From positions 85,912,898-85,976,897 of the forward strand of contig NC_068983.1 of assembly GCF_001194135.2 (NCBI RefSeq): a stretch of 64,000 nt of DNA, given 5' to 3'. Both the position numbers and the translations under genes were made by a program. The notes under the pieces are model-generated. The model ran no database searches, was not told the DNA's origin, and was given only the letters and a program-made list of their open reading frames with translations. Below are positions 13,763 through 26,496 of the stretch, piece by piece. The stretch comes from Octopus bimaculoides (Eukaryota). How positions within the stretch are numbered: position 1 is the stretch's first letter; each line of letters begins with the position of its first letter.

Positions 13763-14144
13763 GGAGGTGCAATGGCCCAGTGCTTAGGGCAGTGGACTCG
13801 TGGTCATAGGATCGCGGTTTCGATTCCCAGACCGGGCGTTGTGAGTGTTTATTGAGCGAAAACACCTAAAGCTTCACGAGGCTCCGGCAGGGGATGGTGG
13901 CGAATCCTGCTGTACTCTTCCACCACAACTTTCTCTCACTCTTACTTCCTGTTTCTGTTGTGCCTGTAATTCAAAGGGTCAGCCTTGTCACTCTGTGTCA
14001 CGCTGAATATCCTCGAGAACTACGTTAAGGGTACACGTGTCTGTGGAGTGCTCAGCCACTTGCTCGTTAATTTCATGAACAGGCTGTTCCGTTGATCGGA
14101 TCAACTGGAACCCTCGACATCGTAAGCGACGGAGTGCCAACAAC
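13763..14144 (+). mobile_element. Full-length tRNA-derived SINE (family E)
   Basis: tRNA-like head ggaggtgcaatggcccagtg..ggtttcgattccc, long body, (AAC) tail; near-identical to 24128-24418. Confidence 0.85.
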
Positions 14145-14309
14145 GAGATTTCGCGATTTTTCTTTTCTTTTTCATTTAAACAGCTTTACCTTCATTTAGA
14201 CCCAAATATCTACATGATGCATTATTCTCCAGCTTATGTACTAACTTCCCTTCCATGGTGAGTAACAAATCATCCTCACAGTATTATCAGGAGGTGGCTT
14301 TATATTTGA

Positions 14310-15395
14310 GTATTTGAGTTCAAATTCTACTGAAGTCAAGTTTATGCTTCATCCTTCTAGGGGTTGATAAAATAGGTATCAGGTGTGCACTGCGGTTGAC
14401 GTAATTGACTAGATCCCCACCTCTAGAATTTTAGGCTTTGTGCCTGTAGCAGAAAGAATCATCATCAAGATAATGGAGTGACAAACAGAATGTCTATGGT
14501 ACTTTTTAAGTTCTCAGTTCAAATTCTTGAAGGGTTGACAATAACTTTTATTTCAAAGGGTAATTAAAACAAACACCAGTGTTGTACAAGGGATCAAATC
14601 AGTCGTTGTCATCGCCATCATCATTATTTAATGTCCATTTTCCATGCTGGCATGTGTTGGATGGTTTGACAGGAGCTGGTAAACCAGAAGACTGCACCAG
14701 TCTTCACTGCCTCTTTTGGCATGTTTTTATGGCTGGATGCCCTTCCTAATGCCAACCACCTTACAGAGGGGATCAAGTACTTTTTATGAGGCACTAGCAC
14801 TTTGTGACTTCAACCAATATAAGAAATAAATCAGGATTGATGGTAGAAACTTAGAGCAGTAGCAGTAGAAAAGAAAAAAAAAAAAAGGTGTTGTAGAATT
14901 TTGACATATTCTGAGCTTAAACCTCGATGGGTCAACTTTGTCTTTTATATGTCTGGGGTTGATAAACTAAAATATTGCTCTAAGCACTAGCATCAATAAA
15001 AGGGACTAATATATCTTCCAGAAGTGTTAGAGCATTTTGAACAAAATGCCCTGTAGAATTTATTCCAGCTCTTTACATTCTGAGTTCAAATACTAAAGTC
15101 AACATTGCCTTTCATCCTTTCAGGGCCGATAAAATTGAAATACCGGTTAGGCACTGGAGTCAATGGTACTGATCACTTCTTTTCCCCATTTCAAGACTTG
15201 GGCCTATGATAGAAGCATTATTATTTAGTTTCATCCTTCCACACTGTGAGATCAAATCCCACCACAGACAACATTGTTGTCATCCTTCAGGGGAGTCAAT
15301 ATATTAAATAAGAATTATGTAATGAGGTCAGTTTAAATGACTTGAGCAACTTCTATAAATTCGTTGTATTAAGCATATGTTAGAAATTATCATCA

Positions 15396-15429
<34 letters not shown>

Positions 15430-15890
15430 GTAAGGCGGCGAACTGGCAGAAGTGTTAGCTCGCTGGGTAAAATGCTTAATGACATTTTGTCAGTCCTTAC
15501 TATCATTATTAAATAAAGTGGCAGGCTGACGGAATCATTAGCACACCGGACAAAAAGCGTAGTGGCATTTCATGCATCTTTACATTATGAGTTCAAATTC
15601 CACTAAAGTCAACTTTGCTTTTTCATCCATCTGGGGTTGATAAAATAAGTACCAGTTGAGTACAAGGATTGATGCAATCGATTATCCCCCTCTCCCATAT
15701 TTCAGGCCTCGTGCCTCTAGTAGAAAGGATTATTAATAAAAGGGTGTTAGCTTACAGTGTCAGCAAAACATCAGTCAAAATGTTCAGTAGTATTTAGCCT
15801 TTGAGTTCCAACTCCTGTAGGATTTTATTATTCTGCGGTCAATAAAATACGTAGCAATCAAGTATTGCTTTCAATTTAATCATCTATAAA
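14310..15890 (+). repeat. Cluster of about 8 co-oriented family D SINE fragments
   Basis: Repeated gagttcaaat..gtcaactttgc..ttcatcc..ggggttgataaaataagtacc motif of varying divergence; one RTE end interspersed. Confidence 0.7.
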
Positions 15891-15987
15891 ACAATCTTAA
15901 TTAGTTTTGTCAAACTATGTATGTTCTCTACAAATAAATTGAATTAAGAATTTTTACAGTGGCCCAAAGCTACAAATTTATAGATGA

Positions 15988-16219
15988 TCAACCATTTAGC
16001 ATTTAAACCAGCCTTATCTGGCCCAAATAGATAGTCAACCTGCTTTATGTTCAAAGTGACCAGATCAAGCTTTTCACATCTATCCTACAATGTCATTCTA
16101 AAAATAACAATCATATCATCGAAATCTTGAAGCTACAAGATTTATTTATGATTAATTGAAAACAATATAAACAAATAAGCATTACATTTGACAGAGAAAT
16201 CTCAATGCTAAAGCGTTAA
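15988..16219 (+). mobile_element. piggyBac-type MITE (older copy)
   Basis: Decayed termini ccatttagcatt/aatgctaaagcgttaa; same interior. Confidence 0.75.
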
Positions 16220-18585
16220 ACTGGAGCCAATAATCTCTTAGACTGTCATGATTTTGCCCCAATTTAAGAGATTGTGAAAGAACCAGTAGAATACTGGGCA
16301 AAATACTTAACAGTATTTAGTAATAATTTTTTTAGGTTCAACTCACTTAGAGAATGATGGGGTCCATAAAGGATAGCTCAACACTGGGCCCCTAAAATCT
16401 ATGGTAATGACAGAAATACATCTCTATTAATAATATCTCTAATAATGTGGTGACAGGGAGTGAAAAATGGAATGCTCTAAATAAATGTCATAAGTATTTA
16501 ATCACCAACCTCTATATACTTTAATCTCAGTAATATAAAGTGAAATCCACTGACTATACACTTTCTTTATAAAACCTGGCTACAGAACTGAGTAGAACCA
16601 TTATAAAAGAATGAGTACAAGAGTATACATTTTACATGAGAATAGTTGAGAAATTAATTTCAGAACTCAACTATTCCTAATCCCCCCCTCCACCCCAACT
16701 ACTCAGAAAACGAAGGGACATAACTAAACACGGCAAGCTATTTCATCCACTGTCCTACTAAGTCTCATCCATTATCTTATCAATAATAATAGTAACAACT
16801 TCTAACTTTGTCGCAATGAGGCACACATTCTGTAGGGTTGGTGTAGCCAATTTATCTGATACCAGAAAGATGAAAAGCAAAGTGAGATCTAGCAGTACTG
16901 GAACTCAGAATATAGCTAAATATTTCAAGGCATTCTTGTGTTTTTTTCATTTTATCATAAAAATAATTATTAGATTTAGGAAGTTGTAGTAGTTTGTCAA
17001 ATAAAATACCTGAAAACAATGAGTATTAAATCCAATAATGGCTGACTATCATGCAACCCTCAGGGTGCCTTTGATATGAATCCTACATGTTCCTAGGTTG
17101 TTTTAAAGGAGTTTTATCCACTGCTCTACAAAAGTTTCTAATTTTATTATTATGGCAAGTCAATCTTAATCATCATTAACAATAACAAAGTCCATTTTCC
17201 ATGCTGGCAAGGCCAGGCATTGCACTAGGCTCAATTGTCTGTTATCGTTTGGTTTCTATGGTTGGATGCCCTTCCTAACACCATCCACTTCAGAGCGTAC
17301 TGGCAGCTTTTTATGTGACACCAGCACTGGTATCAATTCTGCAGTGGAAGAGGTCTTCTTGAGTACAATAATGTGCCAGATATCTTGGTCCTTTGTCATC
17401 TGCTTCATAAGGTCCAGTGTTTTGAGACTGGCCTTCAATATCTTGTCTTTCCTTGGTCACCCTCTTCTACAAATTCCATCCATTTTAAGTGATTGGCACT
17501 TCTGTATGCAACTGTTTACATCCATATCCATCACATGACCAAACAGTGCAGTTTTCTCTCTTGCACACTGCATCTAATTCTTGGTTTTTAGAAACAATAA
17601 AATCTTATGTACTTCTGTATTTTTTTTCTCAGTGAGTGCTATGAACTTTTCTGGAATAAACACACCATATGATGTGTTGACATGACAAATGATAGAGAAT
17701 ATCTTTTCTAAATATTTTTCTGATGACTAACAGTGTTACAAAAAATATCTCTATGATATGAAAGTCAATTCAATAGACAATACTGCCCTGCAACTAAATA
17801 AACCTTGTGCTTAGATAAAAAAGGAAATCATCATCAATATTATTTATTGTGATGGTGTCCTTGTGACTGTTATCATTATTTGTGTTGTTATTATGGAAGT
17901 GGAGAAGGCAGAGACAGAAAATTTTCATCTCGCTCAGTTCTAAGATCAAATCTCATGATGAACAACTTTGATTTTCATTGCCTGGGAACAAAGCTCTTAT
18001 AAAATAAGTACAAATTATAATTTAACCCCAGTCTGATTGAACAGATCTATGATCACAGGTAACTGAGCAGTGATCCTCGTGTCTATTCTTTCAAGCATGT
18101 ATGAGTACCAGTAAAATACTGGAATCATGTTCATCAACTATACACCAACCTCAAAAGAGTTTTGTGGCCACTGAGTCTGACAGATAAAATATATATCTAA
18201 CTCATATCACACTCTAGATTTTTTTTTAAAAAAAAAAAGAGAAAGGACACCTTGGATTATGTAGTTCTAGATCCATTATGCTTAGATTGGAACACTTGGT
18301 TGTTGACCTGCTTGATCAGAGATAACCTAGGGCTAAATAACAACAAAATATTGGCCTCAAATTAAAACAGAGCCAAGTGAAGAAATAGAGGTCCAAAGCT
18401 AAAGAACTCAACAGTGGTAAAAACTCCAGCAACTGATATATTCAAATTAGTACATACACGTATTAGCTATTTACTTGAGAAATCAAGATTATCCAGACAA
18501 ACAAGAATGAATTACTCAGTCAGTTTCATGATGTCAATCAGTGTATATAAATTTTGCTTATATCATCTATCAATGGCCCAATAAA

Positions 18586-19272
18586 TCATCATCATCACCG
18601 TCGTTTAACGTCTGCTTTCCATGCTGGCATGGGTTGGATGGTTTGACTGAGGGCTGGGGAACTAGAAGGCTGCACCAGGCTCCAAACTGATCTGGCAAAG
18701 TTTCTATATCTGGATGCCCTTCCCAATGCCAACCACTCCGAGAGTGTAGTGGGTGCTTTTTATGTGCCACCGGCACGAGGGCCAGTCAGGCGGCACTGGC
18801 AATGATCACACATAAATGGTGCTTATTATGTGCCAAAGGCACAGGAGCCAGTCAAGTGGCACTGGCAACAATCACGCTTGAATGGTGCCTTTAACGTTCC
18901 ACTGGCACAGCTGCCAATCAGGCGGTGCTGTCATCGGCCTCAACAGGTGTTCACAAGTGCAGTTTATTGCCCAATGATTGAAGAGTACTCTTACATGGGC
19001 TGTTTATGCTGCACTGGCATAGGCCACAGGTTATGGTCTCACTTGGCTTGCCAGGTCTTCTCAAGCACAACATATCTCCAAAGGTTTTACTTGTCATTGC
19101 CTTGGTGAGGCCCAATGTTTGAAGGTCATATTTCACCACCTCATCCCAGGTCTTCCTGGGTCTACCTCTTCCACAGGTTCCCTCTACTGCTAGGATGTGA
19201 CACTTTTTCACACAGCTGTCCTCATCCATTCGCAACACATGACCATACCAGCGTAGTTGTCTATTCACAAAG
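18586..19272 (-). mobile_element. 5'-truncated RTE LINE
   Basis: RQLRWYGHVLRMDEDSCVKKC...GRGRPRKTWDEVVKYDL plus 3' UTR and tail. Confidence 0.9.
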
Positions 19273-20039
19273 TATGAATGAGAAAGGAAGGGGTGATAGA
19301 TGAATAAGGAAGGACGGGGTGATGGCAAACTGGTAGTGGGAGTGTTTCAACTCTGTGTGAGTATATGTGTGTGTATGTAAAAGGGATGTGAATTTTGTGT
19401 GTGTGTGTGTGTGTGTGCAATGGAAGTGGGATGGTGAACATTCAATGTCCAAAAGAAAAATCAAACAGCATTTCAACTCTGTGTGAGTACATGTGCGTAT
19501 GTACAAGAGACTTATGTAAATGTTTGTGTGTGTGTGAAACAGCGTTCTTTCAGTAAAAAACCATGATCAATGTCACATCTCAAAAGACAACCACTAGATA
19601 AACATTGACAAGTGTATTAATTTGATTTATCATCCATATTTATATATAAAATACTACAATTAGCCGTCATCTTTGACAGCATGGAGCCAGCTAGTATAAT
19701 TATAGTTATAAAAATAAAAAAAAAAGATGCTATTAAAATAATTAGAAGTGTGATGTAATAGTACACAATTTCAAACCCAAATAGCACAGTTTCTATAATA
19801 GTCTAGATGGAGCACATTGAAAATGAGTAGAATGATGAGCATTTTGGCTTTACATATCAATAAAACTCATAAATGATATAATTAAGGTCAAATTTGTTAC
19901 CCACCAGCATAAAATTGGAATAATAACAAAGAAAAAAAATATGGTTTTAAATTATTTGTAAAAATAAAAATTCAAAGTTTAAATTAAAAAAAAAAGAAAA
20001 ATAGTCTATTAAAATTTTGGTTTAAAATTTCAAACATAC

Positions 20040-20144
20040 CTTATACGAGGACGGATTTTCTCCAGGTAAGCATAATAATTATAGACGGTCATATAACCAA
20101 CTACAGCATAGCACACACAACCATTTTGTTGATACTTCTCAAAT
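20040..20144 (-). CDS. HAT1: HAT1 coding exon 7 (LFEKYQQNGCVCYAVVGYMTVYNYYAYLEKIRPRIS)
   Basis: Acceptor tgctttttctatttag, donor gtatgt, 105 nt, phase 2/2. Matches human FEKY..DG....VGYMTVYNYY.YPDKTRPRVS. Confidence 0.98.
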
Positions 20145-20864
20145 CTAAATAGAAAAAGCAAATAAAAATTTATAATAAATCAATCTTCAACTTGGAATGC
20201 AGAAAGACTGCTTTAAAGAAGACAAAAAAAAATAATAATAAACAAAATTTTCTGAAGAGGTAGTCACTATGTAGTAACCTGACCTGCTATGAACAAGAGC
20301 TATATCTCCTTTAAATAACACTATGTCATCTTAAACACAGAAGGATACATTGGACACTATATTCGTAGATAAGCAAAAAGACAGGATAGTTATGGCAGGA
20401 AAGCCTTTGATTAAGATTGAACTGGGATTTAAAAGCATCCACAAAATGATCTTGCTTGAGCTTTTTTTTATAGAGAAGTCACTAGAATGACTGAGCTTGG
20501 ATTGGAAAGAGGTCTAAAAGGACAGTGCAGTTAGTAGCAGAAGAGAGTAAATATTTTAGATTAAAACACTCAGAGAACACGAGACCAAAATGTGGTGGTG
20601 GTGGTACTGAGAACAATAACTACATGGAGAGTTGAAGGTCACATGGCGGGATAAAGAGAACAACTCAGTACATCCAGAGTAAATTTACTTGTTTACTAAC
20701 AAACTGATGGAGCAAATTTTGTAATATAACTGAGGTAATTAATTAGTCAACGAGCAGAAGGAACAGTGTCTACAGCTTTTGCATGCCTTACCAGACTGTA
20801 GAGACTTTATTACATATTTGATGTTTAGTTTGAATGTCAAATAACAGGATTACATATATGCAAG

Positions 20865-20910
<46 letters not shown>

Positions 20911-22110
20911 GGAGAGAGAGAGAGAGAGACCAGAATTCTGCAGGGTGAATGCTCTGGAGAGAAATGATTGTGATCTAAGAGGTAAGGTATTATGTTGTGT
21001 TGTAATGGGTGTAGCTGGAGGTTTAATAAAATTAGCTAGCAAGGTGAGAGGAGAAGAGACCCTTGTGGTGTTGTACAAGAGGTAGGCAGAAGAAAAAGCT
21101 CGTCTATGAGCAGTCTGTGGTTGTATTAGGTTGGGGAGTGAATTATTGCTAATCAGTCAAATGCCTTTCTTTACAGCATTAAGGGGAAGGGCAGGGCATT
21201 AAATTATTGATGATAATGATTATAATGATAGAATAGGTTGGGATGATATGCAAATTCAGATGCATTATTATTTTGATATGGCACAAATTTGAGAGAGTGG
21301 TGTGTTTGTGTGTGAATATGTAAAGAAACAGATAATACACTAAATGGTTTATTACTGTATGCTAATAGAAGCTGTGTAGTAAATGTAATGTTGTTCTGGA
21401 TGAAAAGAGAGATAAATTACACTGATAAGTGTGAAGTGTGTAACTCACATATACAAAGAAAGGAATAAAAAAGTGGGGGAAGCTAGAAGGGTCATTAGGC
21501 TGCTCAGTGAGAATCTTTTCTTCTGATCTCAGAGATACAATCAATTCGTTGATCCAAATTCTCTTTCTCTTCCTTTCACTTATTCCCCTTGACACACAAA
21601 CACTCTCTTCCAATATGCAAATGGATAGTTCTTTTACTTTGCAACCAGACATACATATACAAACCTTTATGCAACCAAAAAAAAAAAATGAATGAGAGAG
21701 AAAAGAAGAAAGTGGAGAGAAAACAGAAAAATTTTATACGGATTTAGTTAATAGATTTCCTGAAATAAGCTGTATCACATAGATCAAGCCAGCTAGCTGC
21801 CAGTGTCCAGAGATGTTGAATCCTAAACCAAACAGTAGAGCTAACACAAGGTGTACGATAATATTTGCAGACAAGTAAATTGGTTGTCAAGGCAAGAGCA
21901 CAAAGTACATGTGAATTTGTCAGGTTTACGTGTAGCACAGCTGGGATTAGACACAATAGGTTAATTCAATAGATACACAAACACTCTCACACAAGTTAGG
22001 ATTCAAATGTGCTATTGGTAACGAGGTGCAGGAGATTAAAATACACTAACAGTGGAAATTCTAAGGTTATTTTGAAAACTATAAGGTTGATGGAAGTTCA
22101 GAATCCTCCA

Positions 22111-22273
22111 GGCGCAGGAGTGGGTGTGTGGTAGGTAGCTTGCTTACCAACCACATGGTTCCGGGTTCAGTCCCACTGCGTGGCACCTTGGGCAAGTGTC
22201 TTCTACTATAGTCTCGGGCCGACCAAAGCCTTGTGAGTGGATTTGGTAGACAGAAACTGAAAGAAGCCCGTCG

Positions 22274-22334
<61 letters not shown>

Positions 22335-23030
22335 TACAATTAAAAGGGTAAAGGTTTATCAATTTATTAATTTATTAATAAATTAATAAATTGATANNNN
22401 NNNNNNTCACTCCCTGATAGTAAACCGCAGATTTTCTGCGGTATTGCTTGTGACGCACATGGTAATTTTCTTGAGGACGAATAGTGGACTGACTGGCCTA
22501 TGTAGGTTCGGAGGTGCTTTCAAGTTGTGTCGATGCATGATGTTCACTCTGTCATACATGCACAATTGCTAGCACCGTCGAATCTGCAACGAGAATATCA
22601 TACTGAAGAGGAAATGGAGTGTTATCGCTCCTAAGCCAAAAACGCGTCTATGATTAACTTCGAATGGTTAGTTTTCATTGTTCTTTCTTCTTGTTTTGCC
22701 TTTGTGAGTTACAAGTAATGCTATCTGTTGGAGTCTCAGCATTTTGGCTGCTATTTCTGAACTTCGGTATGTTGTGAAGCAACTGTTTTGCTGATCCCTT
22801 AATTATGTTTATATATATATGTTTGTGTGTCTGTGTTTGTCCTCCCACCATCGTTTGACAACCGGTGCTGGTGTGTTTACATCCCTGTAACTCAGCGGTT
22901 CGGCAAAAAGATACCGATAGAATAAGTACTAAGCTTACAAAGAATAAGTCCTGGGGTCGATTGGATTCGACTAAAGGTGGTGCATGGCCTCAGTCAAATG
23001 ACTGAAACAAGTAAAAGAGAGAGAGTAAAA
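22111..23030 (+). mobile_element. Composite A-(TA)n-B SINE, young, with a foreign insertion and a gap in the linker
   Basis: Full head at 22111-22275, body at about 22820-23030; about 22407-22800 is unrelated CpG-rich sequence containing the HHR relic. Confidence 0.8.
22597..22654 (+). ncRNA. Degenerate Penelope-type minimal hammerhead ribozyme
   Basis: Stem I ATCATA/TATGAT (6 bp perfect), CTGAAGA (22603-09), interrupted stem II (GG/CC + GGAGTG/CGCTCC), AAAAA in place of GAAA, then palindromic ACGCGT and a GUC site. Confidence 0.6.
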
Positions 23031-24127
23031 TTGTATTTTTTTCTGGAGCATATGAAATTTAAGCTGGTGTAAAGTTCACACAGGTAGTGTTGTCTTAAGA
23101 GAGAACATCTTTGAAAATTATATCCTTTGTTATACACAGACCTATCCTCTATTTTAGTCATTAAGTAAAAAATTAAACTAACTTTGGAACAAAAATATTG
23201 AAGGTACAATCTATTTATATTTTCTATTATAGCACAACTCCATTGGTTAAACTTTAACAAGTCTTAAAAACACTGTACTTCATTATCACATCAGAGAAAA
23301 GTACATATGGTTGGACTTAAACACAGTCTCAGTGAATGAAGTACACTGAGTAGTGGATTCTAACATCACCAACCCACGATATTTAATTTAAAATCTTTAT
23401 TACCATATGAGCTGCATGGCAATCTTGGTGGTGCTGGTGACATGAAAAAAGCATCCACTACACACTGCAAAGTGAAAGCGGACACTGTAGCATGATGTGG
23501 TCCTTAGACCTATCAGATTCTGTCAAACCACCAAACTCATGGAACATGGATGTTAAATGATGTTGATTACTGTACCTTGATTTTAAAACAGATATGTTGT
23601 AGACTTGGTAAGCAAAAACTGAAAAAAGCCCATTGTGAGTGTATCGTTGTGTCGTAAGTACATTATAGTTGTAAATGATGTCATTCATCTCTCATCTTCC
23701 ATGAAAAACATGCCTAACCATGGGAATACAACATATCTGGAGATATAGCAAGTACAGATAAAAGTNNNNNNNNNNNNNNNNNNNNNNNNNNNNNNNNNNN
23801 NNNNNNNNNNNNNNNNNNNNNNNNNNNNNNNNNNNNNNNNNNNNNNNNNNNNNNNNNNNNNNNNNNNNNNNNNNNNNNNNNNNNNNNNNNNNNNNNNNNN
23901 NNNNNNNNNNNNNNNNNNNNNNNNNNNNNNNNNNNNNNNNNNNNNNNNNNNNNNNNNNNNNNNNNNNNNNNNNNNNNNNNNNNNNNNNNNNNNNNNNNNN
24001 NNNNNNNNNNNNNNNNNNNNNNNNNNNNNNNNNNNNNNNNNNNNNNNNNNNNNNNNNNNNNNNNNNNNNNNNNNNNNNNNNNNNNNNNNNNNNNNNNNNN
24101 NNNNNNNNNNNNNNNNNNNNNNNNNNN

Positions 24128-24418
24128 GCGAAAATACCTAAATCTCCATGAGGCTCCGGCAGGGGATGATGGCAAACCCTGCTGTACTCTATCACTGCAA
24201 CTTTCTCTCACTCTTACTTCCTGTTTCTGTTGTGCCTGTAATTCAAAGGGTCAGCCTTGTCACACTGTGTCATGCTGAATATCCCCGAGAACTACGTTAA
24301 GGTATATGTGTCTGTGGAGTGCTCCAGCCACTTGCACGTTAATTTCACGAGCAGGCTGTTCCGTTGATTGGATCAACTGGAACCCTCGACGTCGTAAGCG
24401 ACGGAGTGCCAACAACAA
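24128..24418 (+). mobile_element. SINE family E copy (5' end in gap)
   Basis: Colinear, high identity with about 13860-14144. Confidence 0.85.
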
Positions 24419-24542
24419 TCATGTCAGGAATGATTTCAATACAGGAGTCTTTTGGAATTAAAAGTAAAAGTTATGCCCAGATTTAATGTTTTAAAGGTTT
24501 GGAGAAATTGGTAATGCTGACAAGCATCAGCAATATCCTTAA

Positions 24543-24760
24543 CCCTTTAGTATTTAGATTACTGTCAAATGTAATGCTTGTTCACATTGTTTTGCATTAG
24601 CCATGCATTATATTTTAGCTTGGAGATTTTGATGAAGTTTTTTTTTTTTTTTGTAGAACGACATAGTAGGACAGGTGGGAAAGGCCAAACCTGGCAGGTT
24701 TGGATATAAAACAGGTAGAATTTTTGTGCTGGATATATGGCTGGTTTAAATGTTAAAGGG
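24543..24760 (-). mobile_element. piggyBac-type MITE (family copy, inverted)
   Basis: TTAA on both sides, CCCTTTAG/TTAAAGGG termini. Confidence 0.85.
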
Positions 24761-26342
24761 TTAAAGTTGTTCAGTACCTGAAACAAACTGAATCACATCA
24801 CTAATGGAGACATGAATGAATTAACTGTTTTGTCATTTAGGACCTCAAGAAAATAATGGCTAGGGACAAAAAAACACTCCTATAACTTACATGGGAATGC
24901 AATGCAGAATTAATAAGTAATTCAATTTGCATATTGTATTTTAGGAATGCATCTAGTATGAAAGTAGAAGATCGTATCTAGGACAACATTAACCAATGTG
25001 TTTACCTTTTTTATTTGAGGGGGAGATATGCTTGTTATTTCTAGCAGTTTGAGTGATTACATAGATCTACAATTGGGCTTGTAGAAGCTGCACTGTAGTT
25101 AATAGTAGTACCAACTTTATATGAATGATACTATCAAATGTAATGTAATTCTTAATTAAGCAATTTAAATTGTTAGTTTTTTTTTTTTTAATTCCAGGCA
25201 CAGTGTATCTAATGTACCCTCTTATTTCTAAAATAGAAGGGTATAATTAGAGGAAAATTTGGCTATTTGTAGTAGGTTGTGTAACCAAGCAGAGGATCTC
25301 TCTTTTGACTATAAAAGAAACAGTGCAATATGAATGATAGTGGGGTGAGAACTGTGCTTGAGCTGAGTATAGATCAATTGGGATCGAGCAGTCCCATGAT
25401 CCATAAGTAGAGAGTGAAATATCCAAAAGATCTGTTGTTCTGGACATGCCATGTTTCTGCCTTCTTGGGAATCACATTACATGTTGACACACAGTGATTA
25501 ATAGGAGGAAAGACTGTGACAGTCTGGATATGTTTTACTCACACCACAGTCAGGTCTGTTTCTGTAAAAATAATTTCTTGTGAAGACTACAGTGGAGGCT
25601 GGCACAGAAGACATGGTCATAGCATAACAATTACTGTTCCTTGGCACTTATGATTGCTCTGCACCCCAGCTAATGCTTGGAACTAGTAACTGGACTGTTC
25701 ATATTCAGTCCACTGGTGGCAAGAATATGCTGAGAAGAAGAACCCAGCATATTCTTGCCCCCAATCATGGTCCGATGTGGAGGCAGTGAATTTGAACTTG
25801 AGATCATATTGGTTTGACGAGCTTACTCTGCCTCACTAGCTCAACATGCCTTGGCAGAGGGAGGCAGTTTTTATACTCACACCCAGGAGTATTTAAGTTA
25901 ATTACATCGACTCCGGTACTCAACTGGTACTTATTTTATCAACCCTGAAAAGATGAAAGGCTAAGTTGACCTAGTGATATCATAGCTATTTTCTCTGTGT
26001 TTGTTTGTCTGGGTTATGAAAAGAGTGTGATTATTTTCAATGTTTTTTTGCAGTGGTTTTCAGAAGTTTTGAATATGTGTCTGACAGTTTGGAGGGCTTT
26101 TTTTTTTCATACAATAACAGAGACTGTTTTCTGTGATTCGGCAAACTGTGCACCTTTCATCACCAGACATTCTTTCACTTTTTAGTATTTTTGCTTTGTT
26201 GTGAAGATGGTCTGTAAATGGCACCAGTGCACAACCTGTGATGGATGAAAAGTGCTCTGTTTTGAGCATGGGCAGAATGGTACAAGAACTTGCAGACTAA
26301 TTGGGAATGAAATTAGAAACTATTGATCCAAGATATACTTAC

Positions 26343-26496
26343 AACAGATAGAATGTCCACCGATCATCATCAATATCAATATATGAAGCAGCATCAATGA
26401 AGAACAAAAGGAATGTTTGCAAGCGTTCATGATAATTTTTGAAACCAGGAGAAAGAACAGAGGCTTTGAATACTTCAAAAGTACGTTCGCAATTAT
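26343..26496 (-). CDS. HAT1: HAT1 coding exon 6 (DNCERTFEVFKASVLSPGFKNYHERLQTFLLFFIDAASYIDIDDDRWTFYL)
   Basis: Acceptor tttgctaatttcag, donor gtaagt, 154 nt, phase 1/2. YHERLQTFL.FFIDAASYID.DD.RW is the hallmark HAT1 motif. Confidence 0.98.

Noticed and set aside
13763-13835. tRNA-like sequences (also 22111, 49662) as tRNA genes
   Set aside because: Broken acceptor/anticodon stems and direct continuation into repeat bodies: they are SINE heads.
20058-20066. YLEK instead of the usual metazoan YP(D/E)K in exon 7 as an RNA-editing site
   Set aside because: CTG to CCG would need U-to-C, which ADAR cannot do; likely a plain substitution or base error.
21740-22090. Possible LTR-like segment
   Set aside because: No second copy, clear TG..CA ends, PBS or TSD could be identified.
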